Below, in pieces: positions 9,350 through 15,965 of a DNA stretch of 15,965 nucleotides (positions are counted from its first letter, which is position 1; each line of letters opens with the position of its first letter). The position numbers and the translations under genes were made by a program. Under the pieces are notes generated by a model. That model saw only the letters and a list, made by a program, of their open reading frames with translations. It searched no databases and was not told the DNA's origin. Source of the stretch: Octopus sinensis (Eukaryota); the NCBI RefSeq assembly GCF_006345805.1, contig NW_021825301.1:1-15965 (forward strand). The letters are read 5' to 3'.

Positions 9350-10103
9350 TTCTGAGTTTCGTCTGAATAGGCTAGGTAGGAAGGATTTCTATATGGAGCT
9401 AGTTTAGGGTAAGAGCAACGATGGCCTAGGATTGACTGGACATCGATGGGAACAGTCTGAGAAGTTTTATTTCCGGAGGTCTTTCGGGTCGAACACCATG
9501 GTCATTTTCCATAAGTATTTGGGAAGGAAGGTAGTGCCAAAAGTCTTTGACGTGGCAGTGCCTATTCTAGACAAGATCTTCAAGCATGGAAGTACCAAGG
9601 TCCTACCTACTCGAGAAGAATGCAGGGTGTTGAGAGTGTCCCGCATGCAATCGTTCAGTGTCTGTGTATTAACAAATTATATAGGATTCAGCTGTTCACC
9701 GAGTGTATAGTGAAAATCTACGCACCACCTTCCTTTGGCAGAGAAGAGAGGCAGATCTTTCTCTGCTTAGTGACTGTAACAAAAGAGGTGGATCCGTCTC
9801 AAAGGCTTGAAGACAGGCACTTTCCTATCTGGCCAAGCTCTCACAATTTCTTCAAATATTTAAAGAGAAAGATGAGGGCAGAAAGAGGGCTGCTGCCTTC
9901 TAGTGTGTTTATCAAAAGGTGGATGAGAGAGGTAAGACTGATGAGGCTGAATGGATCTACTCTGAGTATGATTTTCTAAGTAGGAGAAAAGAAACTGTAA
10001 GAAGGCACTTCCCTTGCCTTGGGGATAACAGAGTACTGGTAATTTTTGTGTGGGGTTTACCCTGAATTACCCTCCATGCTTTGAACCTATGTGGCCAATA
10101 CAA
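9350..10103 (+). mobile_element. Decayed 3' end of an L1/Tx1-clade LINE
   Basis: Frameshifted C-terminus: KDFYMELV*..FRRSFGSNTM..VPILDKIFKHGS, then a decayed CCHC knuckle YSRRMQGVESVPHAIVQC, then ..PPSFGREERQIFLCLV..KRKMRAER..FIKRW..LSMIF* (stop at 9979). A UTR and (ATT)n tail follow. Confidence 0.75.

Positions 10104-10146
<43 letters not shown>
10104..10146. repeat. (ATT)n tail / microsatellite
   Basis: Direct reading. Confidence 0.97.
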
Positions 10147-10147
<1 letters not shown>

Positions 10148-10361
10148 GGCGGCGAGCTGACAAAATCGTTTGCGCGCCGGACAAAATGCTTAGCGGTTCG
10201 TCCATCTCTACGTTCTGAGTTCAAATGCCGCCGAGGTCGACTTCGCCATTCATCCGTTTGGGGAACAATAAAATAAGTACCAGTTGAGCACTGGAGCAGA
10301 TGTAATCGACTCGTCACCCCATACCAAAATTTCAAACCTTACGCCTATAATAAAAAGGATT
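10147..10361 (+). mobile_element. Full-length diverged SINE family A, tail type 1
   Basis: Starts aggcggcgagctgacaaaatcg, contains gagttcaaatgcc and ends ccaaaatttcaaaccttacgcctataataaaaaggatt. Confidence 0.85.
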
Positions 10362-10623
10362 AGTATTGTTGTTGTTGTTTGTGTTGCTGTTTTCTAACTT
10401 TTGCTTTCTCATGAAGCTGGAACTAGTTATAATTCTTTCTTGCTATCTCCTCAATAAACCATTTGTGGCGCATTAATTACACCATAATTCCAACAACAAC
10501 AACAACAACAGCAAAAAGATAAAAAAACAAAAGCAGACGATAGGAATAAAATATTACAAACATTGTACTCTTTAAAATACAATTTGGTAATACCTTTTCT
10601 CACTCTCAAAATTCACTCTCAAA

Positions 10624-10700
10624 ATGATAATGATGACGATGATGATGATAATGATGATGATGATGATAATGATTGATGATGATGATGATGATAATAATTG
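10624..10700. repeat. (GAT)n microsatellite
   Basis: Direct reading. Confidence 0.9.
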
Positions 10701-10707
10701 GTGGTGA

Positions 10708-10786
10708 TAGTTTCAAATTTTAGTTCAAATGCTCAAATGGTACTTATCTTGTCGACCTCGAAAGAATGAAAAGCAAAGTTAGTCCC

Positions 10787-10787
<1 letters not shown>
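10708..10787 (-). mobile_element. Old SINE family A fragment
   Basis: tttcaaatttt..gctcaaatggtacttatcttgtcgacctcgaaagaatgaaaagcaaagt is a diverged reverse complement of the SINE A body and tail 1. It adjoins (AAT)n at 10788-10850. Confidence 0.65.
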
Positions 10788-10823
<36 letters not shown>

Positions 10824-10825
10824 TA

Positions 10826-10858
<33 letters not shown>

Positions 10859-11864
10859 GCGAATTGGCTTTATTTCTTCCTACACACAAATGAAACATGT
10901 CGAAGAATCACTTTGTTCAATTTTGAGGCAAACATTTAATTGTATTTATATAATTAAATAAATTCAATTTTCCTTCAAGAAAACAATGGCTATCTTTTTT
11001 TGTTCTTTATGATGGTGGCTGCTCCTTTACAAATTTCAAAGGGAATTAAAATTCATTGAGCCGAACACATAGTTGTGGATTCACTTAATAACACAAATGC
11101 TCATCACACGTGCTCATCCCTTCGCTCATCCACTACAGAGCGTAGGCACGAAGCAATTGTGTCTACCTTTTATCGGAAATCAATTATTATTATTATTATA
11201 TTTTTTTTTCTTTCATTGATATCTCTTCAATACAAATATACCCGCTGGATGTATTCATTCATCACAGACTGACGATAATTACAAACCGAAACAAACATAT
11301 TTTAGAAAAGCCCATGGGGAATCTTAAATTACCATTATTCTACTATATAATCAAAATTCCTTACTGATAATTTCAAACAAAAATCTAGATGCTGTTACCT
11401 TGAATATCTGAATTTTAATATAATATAATTTAATATAATTCTTTCATTAAAGGAATATTTATTCTTGATTTTTTCATGATTTTTATTTTCATAATTCAAA
11501 ACTTTATGAAAATTTTCCTTTTTTATGTGTTTGAATTTGTGCGTTTGTTGTTATATATCTTTTTACTTTTTTTTATATCGTGTTGTTCTTAAGAAATATT
11601 TCGTTTATTCTTTTCTTTTACTTTTTGTGATATAATTATGAAATTATATTAATTATAATAAATTTAGCCACTTTTTGACAAAGGAACATCCTGCAATATG
11701 CTGCTGCAGACACTCACACACACACAGCGCGCGCGCGCACGCATAGTCAACCGTACATGAGGTGGGCACAAAATTGTTTTTGCGGTTACATACGCTTATA
11801 CATCTCTCTCTTTCTCTTGCATACATTGTATACATGTGAGTGTATGTGTGTGTGTATTTATATA

Positions 11865-11928
11865 TATATATATCCACATACATATATATATATATACAAA
11901 ACACACATATATATATTATATATATATA

Positions 11929-11964
<36 letters not shown>

Positions 11965-11982
11965 CATATATATATATATACA
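11865..11982. repeat. (TA)n-rich microsatellite
   Basis: Direct reading. Confidence 0.95.
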
Positions 11983-11985
11983 TTT

Positions 11986-12182
11986 ACGGAGATGTACTTG
12001 CGTAGCAAGTGACCTGATCTGAGATCGTGTGCTTGAACGAATGCACGGAATTTGTCAATGAACAGGTCGCAGTCTCAAAGCGACGAAAATATTTTTACAA
12101 TTAGATTAAATGTTGAAGTGAATCTAACGGATTTTGTGTGCTTCTTAAATGGCTTTAAACACCTTCCACGCTACAATTGTGT
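11986..12182 (+). mobile_element. (TA)n-flanked repeat carrying a hammerhead-shaped fold; putative PLE terminal-repeat remnant
   Basis: About 200 bp between (TA)n tracts, containing the motif at 12052-12100. The PLE assignment is inferred from ribozyme architecture. Confidence 0.45.
12052..12100 (+). ncRNA. Minimal type I hammerhead-like motif with variant core (A3/C8)
   Basis: TTGTCA-ATGAACA-G-GTCGC(AGTCTCAAA)GCGAC-GAA-AATATT-T-TTACAA. Stem I has 5/6 pairs, stem II 5/5, and stem III is palindromic. Confidence 0.5.
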
Positions 12183-12183
12183 G

Positions 12184-12450
<267 letters not shown>

Positions 12451-12899
12451 GCATACACATACAAGCTCTCTTTTATAGATATAGATATCCTTTTGTATAC
12501 TACATTATACATGCATTATATCTCTGGTAATGGAAATGATACATACTACTGGTCATTCTTAGCTCGTTTCCATATCATGCAAATTTCCGAGCCCGTAAAT
12601 GTGTCTTACTCATTCTAGGTGTCTCCTCTTCTAGAGATATGGCAGGACAATTGCTGTGTCGATGCTGTGTAGAAACACACATACCCACCTTCCCTCTTGT
12701 CTTCTCTCAATGACAGGTCAGATTTAGAGAATACTCGATTATTGCGGTTGTCTCCCCTTCTCGCTGGATTTAATATCAATTGCTAGTTAGCAGTTTCTGG
12801 AAATGGAAATAATTTCAGTAATTCAAGAATTTACTTATTTACTTATTTTCTGTTTCTTTCTTTTTATTTCTTTACATAGGAGTTCTTCATATACCTATC

Positions 12900-13365
12900 C
12901 TTATATACATACATACACACTTGCTTTCCCCACACACCACTACACCATACACCACCATAACACACACCACATCACACCACACCACACCACCACGCACACA
13001 CTAGCACTGACCACTTCCCAGCCCCACATACATACACGCATACATCAAGGTCACCAACCCTCTTCCACACGCACATACATATACTCTTATACACACGCAC
13101 GCGCACCTTCGTTTTGGGATCACCACTACTTTATTATCTCCCCTTCTTCCTAGCACTCCTGCGTGACCCCTCTGTCTGGCATTCGCCATGATAGATCGCT
13201 AGCCACGACACATTCTTTATTTTCTCTCCTTGTTTCTTTCAGTGTTCCTTTCTGTGGAAGAGCGTAGGCTCGAAACGTTAAAGACTTTTTCATTTCCCGA
13301 GTGTTAAACTAATACACCTGTTTGTTGTCTACACCACCTGTCTTCATCTTTTGATTTTTTGTGAA
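12900..13365 (+). mobile_element. Putative Penelope-like terminal-repeat remnant
   Basis: CA/pyrimidine-rich tract followed by about 250 bp (13108-13362) homologous to the minus copy at 14780-15001. It contains the minimal hammerhead at 13248-13283. Confidence 0.5.
13248..13283 (+). ncRNA. Minimal type I hammerhead-like motif (A6U variant)
   Basis: CTTT-CTGTGGA-A-GAGC(GTAG)GCTC-GAA-ACGT-T-AAAG. Stem I has 4/4 pairs, stem II 4/4, and the minimal stem III is the palindrome ACGT. Confidence 0.55.
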
Positions 13366-13415
13366 TTCCCCCCCCCCCACCTATATATATATATATATAT
13401 ATATATTTATACATA

Positions 13416-13676
13416 CAACAACAATTGAGGAACGGCTACAATAGGCCGTTCGACCCACTAGAAATAGCAGCCAGGGCTCCAACCGCAAATAGTAGTAATT
13501 CCGAAATCTAAGGAAAAATTAAAAAACATTTACCCTGTTCTTCTTTAGACAATGCATTGTTTCGGCGTTTTTTTAATGGTAAACCAGCCTGATTAAATTA
13601 AATTAAACTTAATCAAGTCAATCTTCCAAAAGGCCAACGCGCTCATCAGTAAAGAGCCGTTCCTCAATTGTTGTTG
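13416..13676. mobile_element. 261-bp element with perfect 22-bp terminal inverted repeats, containing a hammerhead ribozyme
   Basis: caacaacaattgaggaacggct (13416-13437) is the exact reverse complement of agccgttcctcaattgttgttg (13655-13676). No clear target-site duplication. Confidence 0.8.
13542..13655 (-). ncRNA. Type I hammerhead ribozyme with intact core
   Basis: Minus strand reads UCUUUA-CUGAUGA-G[C]GCGUU..(66 nt)..AACGCC-GAA-ACAA(UGCA)UUGU-C^UAAAGA. All conserved core bases are present, stem I is 6 bp, and the triplet is GUC. Predicted cut is between 13548 and 13547. Confidence 0.8.
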
Positions 13677-13875
13677 AATTTATTCATAGTCTCTGACTAT
13701 TTCCTCTTTCTCACTAGACCGCTGGTGTCAAATAATTTCTATTGAATTTTTTGCTAATATATTTATGCATATAAAATTTTATCTACATATACTTTTTCTG
13801 TGAGGATTTTCTGTCCCTCAAACTCCTGGTGTCATTTCCTACATATGTTTAAGGATCTTTTCGATGGTAATACTT

Positions 13876-13925
<50 letters not shown>

Positions 13926-14400
13926 AATGCAATGCAGACCTTGAAGAGTGAAGGCATGTCATTGATGAGGATGCGAACAGCGGCAAGAAGATTCTGACAG
14001 AGAGAACTAAGAACTGATTGATTGTTCAGTCAACACATTAAACAAATCATTAGATAGTTAGTTGGTAAAATAAACGAGAGGTATTGAATCTGCGTATGTT
14101 TGTTTTAATTCTTATTGGCATAATGACCCTCTCTAAACACAACAATAAATGTAAATGCATTCTCGAATAAATAGCTCTTTACTTTTGAAGCTCTGATGAA
14201 GAAGCAATAAGCTGATATACAAGCATTCAACGATGAGTGCATTGTATCTTATAGCAGAATGAAATTCATGATATTTTCCTCTGTCATTCCAATTTTTTAT
14301 TACTGCTCTGTACTCCACTGGTGCATCGTTTCTGAAGTGTTGGTATATATAAATATATACACAGAACATATATATGTATATATATAAATAAATATATACT

Positions 14401-14752
14401 CTTTTACTCTTTTACTTGTTTCAGTCATTTGAATGCGGCCATGCTGGAGCACCGCCTTTAATCGAGCAACTCGACCCCGGGACTTATTCTTTGTAAGCCC
14501 AGTACTTATTCTATCGGTCTCTTTTGCCGAACCGCTAAGTGACGGGGACGTAAACACACCAGCATCGGTTGTCAGGCAATGCTAGGGGGACAAACAACAC
14601 AAGACACCACACACACCACATCATATACATATATATATATAACGACAGGATTCTTTCAGTTTCCGTCTTCTTTCGGTTTCCGTAGTGGGACTGAACCCGG
14701 AACCATGTGGTTGGTAAACAAGCTACTTATCACACAGTCACTCCTGCGCCTA
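14401..14752 (-). mobile_element. SINE family B, full length with internal deletion
   Basis: Minus strand head taggcgcaggagtgactgtgtgataag..ccgggttcagtcccact and tail tgactgaaacaagtaaaagagtaaaag. It lacks about 70 bp present at 7098-7165. Confidence 0.85.
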
Positions 14753-14779
14753 TATATATATATTTCAAATTTACAGAAA

Positions 14780-15001
14780 ACAAAAAATGAAGACAAGTGA
14801 AAGAAGAAGCAGGTGTATTAGTTTAACACACTCGGGAAGAATGGAAAAGTCTTTTACGGTTCCACCCCACACTCTTCGACAGAAAGGATTAGGAGGAAAA
14901 AAGAAACCGTTAGAGAAAAAAATGTGTAGGGCGTAACGGTTGACATGATGAGATAGCCGGAAGAAAGAAGCTGAATGAAAGGGAGATAATAACGGTGACC
15001 C
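14780..15001 (-). mobile_element. Second, more decayed copy of the 13108-13362 repeat
   Basis: Shares gggtcacc..ttattatctccc, ctttctgtNgaagag..cgtaaaagactttt and ttcccgagtg..ttaaactaatacacctg. The hammerhead remnant is at 14851-14886. Confidence 0.6.
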
Positions 15002-15542
15002 AGATATAAGGGAGAGACTGAATCCAGCAAGACTGAGAACTGAAGTGACCCGGATTTTTTGAATTTTTCCGATTTTCTGAAGGCAGTCTAAATCCATAGT
15101 TAAAGTATAAAATAATCTATGCCAAATAAAAAGCTAAATACTATTTCAGCGATTCGAACTATTACATTTCCTAAGACAGGTCCGTTTGATATTTATTAAT
15201 CCACCGAAAATTCGTAAATCATATTATACTGTAATATAGATGCAATATACAGTTTGTAGAAAGAAAATTAGATGAAGAAAAGTAAAGAACAGGATTTTGT
15301 TTAAAAGATACAGGTACAAATTAATACAATTGTAATGCAGAGAATATTTAGTCTTTATCAATGTGCTTAAACAGTACAAAACAATACTATTTTAACATAC
15401 CGTGTGCAAATTAAACGAACTTCAAAAGTAGGGTCTGTTTTACTCAGTACAGGGTACAGTAAATTGCACCGTCTCTCCGTATCTATCGAAGCCGGATAAG
15501 TGATCCGGTAATGTATTATTTATGAAAGAACGATTGATGTAA

Positions 15543-15685
15543 TGTATATATATATATATATATATATAATATATTATATATATATATATATAGATATATA
15601 TAATATATATATATATTATAGATATATATATATACATATATATATATATCCTATATATATATATAATATATAATATATGTATATA

Positions 15686-15724
<39 letters not shown>

Positions 15725-15727
15725 TAC

Positions 15728-15758
<31 letters not shown>
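15543..15758. repeat. Long (TA)n-rich microsatellite
   Basis: Direct reading. Confidence 0.97.
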
Positions 15759-15965
15759 ATAAACTATTAGGGAATAAATCCAAACTTACAGGGAAAAATC
15801 AGAGTTAGGATTGAATCTCTTTTATAGTAAACTCCTATTATACTATATTAAATTAGAGATAAAACCACTATTAGGCAAATCATACAATGAAAAACTTTAG
15901 CCAATACATAAGATAAATTAATTAATTGTTAAACCTCGCTAAGATAAATATTTCAATCACTGAAG

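Noticed and set aside
11098-11163. GCTCATC three times, and gagcgtaggcacgaagcaattgt resembling the 13260 stem II
   Set aside because: No catalytic core, GAAG instead of GAAA and no stem I. The repeats are too short and irregular for an array.
11269-11295. CTGACGA..CGAAAC spacing
   Set aside because: No pairing in stems I, II or III.
14133-14369. 78-aa minus ORF as a GIY-YIG C-terminus
   Set aside because: Only a vague resemblance, with no diagnostic motif.
15492-15508. CCGGAT-AAGTG-ATCCGG hairpin as a Helitron 3' end
   Set aside because: No CTRR terminus at the expected distance on either strand.
15956-15965. Terminal CTGAAG as the start of another hammerhead core
   Set aside because: Truncated by the window edge, so it cannot be evaluated.

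Overview
AT-rich, microsatellite-dense animal genomic DNA, intronic or intergenic. The SINE, MITE and LINE families match those I recall from Octopus genomes; this is an inference, not a database result. I recognise no cellular protein-coding gene, and most ORFs in the track are microsatellite read-throughs. The window is a nested mosaic of three tRNA-derived SINE families, decayed non-LTR retrotransposon pieces (two R4/Dong-like, one RTE-like, one L1/Tx1-like), a mariner-derived MITE split by a SINE, a hAT-type MITE and Penelope-like (PLE) terminal-repeat remnants. The main finding is an apparently intact type I hammerhead ribozyme on the minus strand (13655->13542), with CUGAUGA/GAAA core, GUC cleavage triplet and palindromic stem III. 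It fills half of a 261-bp element bounded by perfect 22-bp terminal inverted repeats. Four further hammerhead-shaped motifs with variant or decayed cores lie at 4743-4783, 12052-12100, 13248-13283 and 14851-14886, plus a weaker one at 14193-14248. Other items are a 72-bp SINE foldback hairpin, possible minus-strand micro-exons, an RFX/ETS-like motif pair and a CpG-rich poly-proline ORF. All structures were paired by eye; none were computed.
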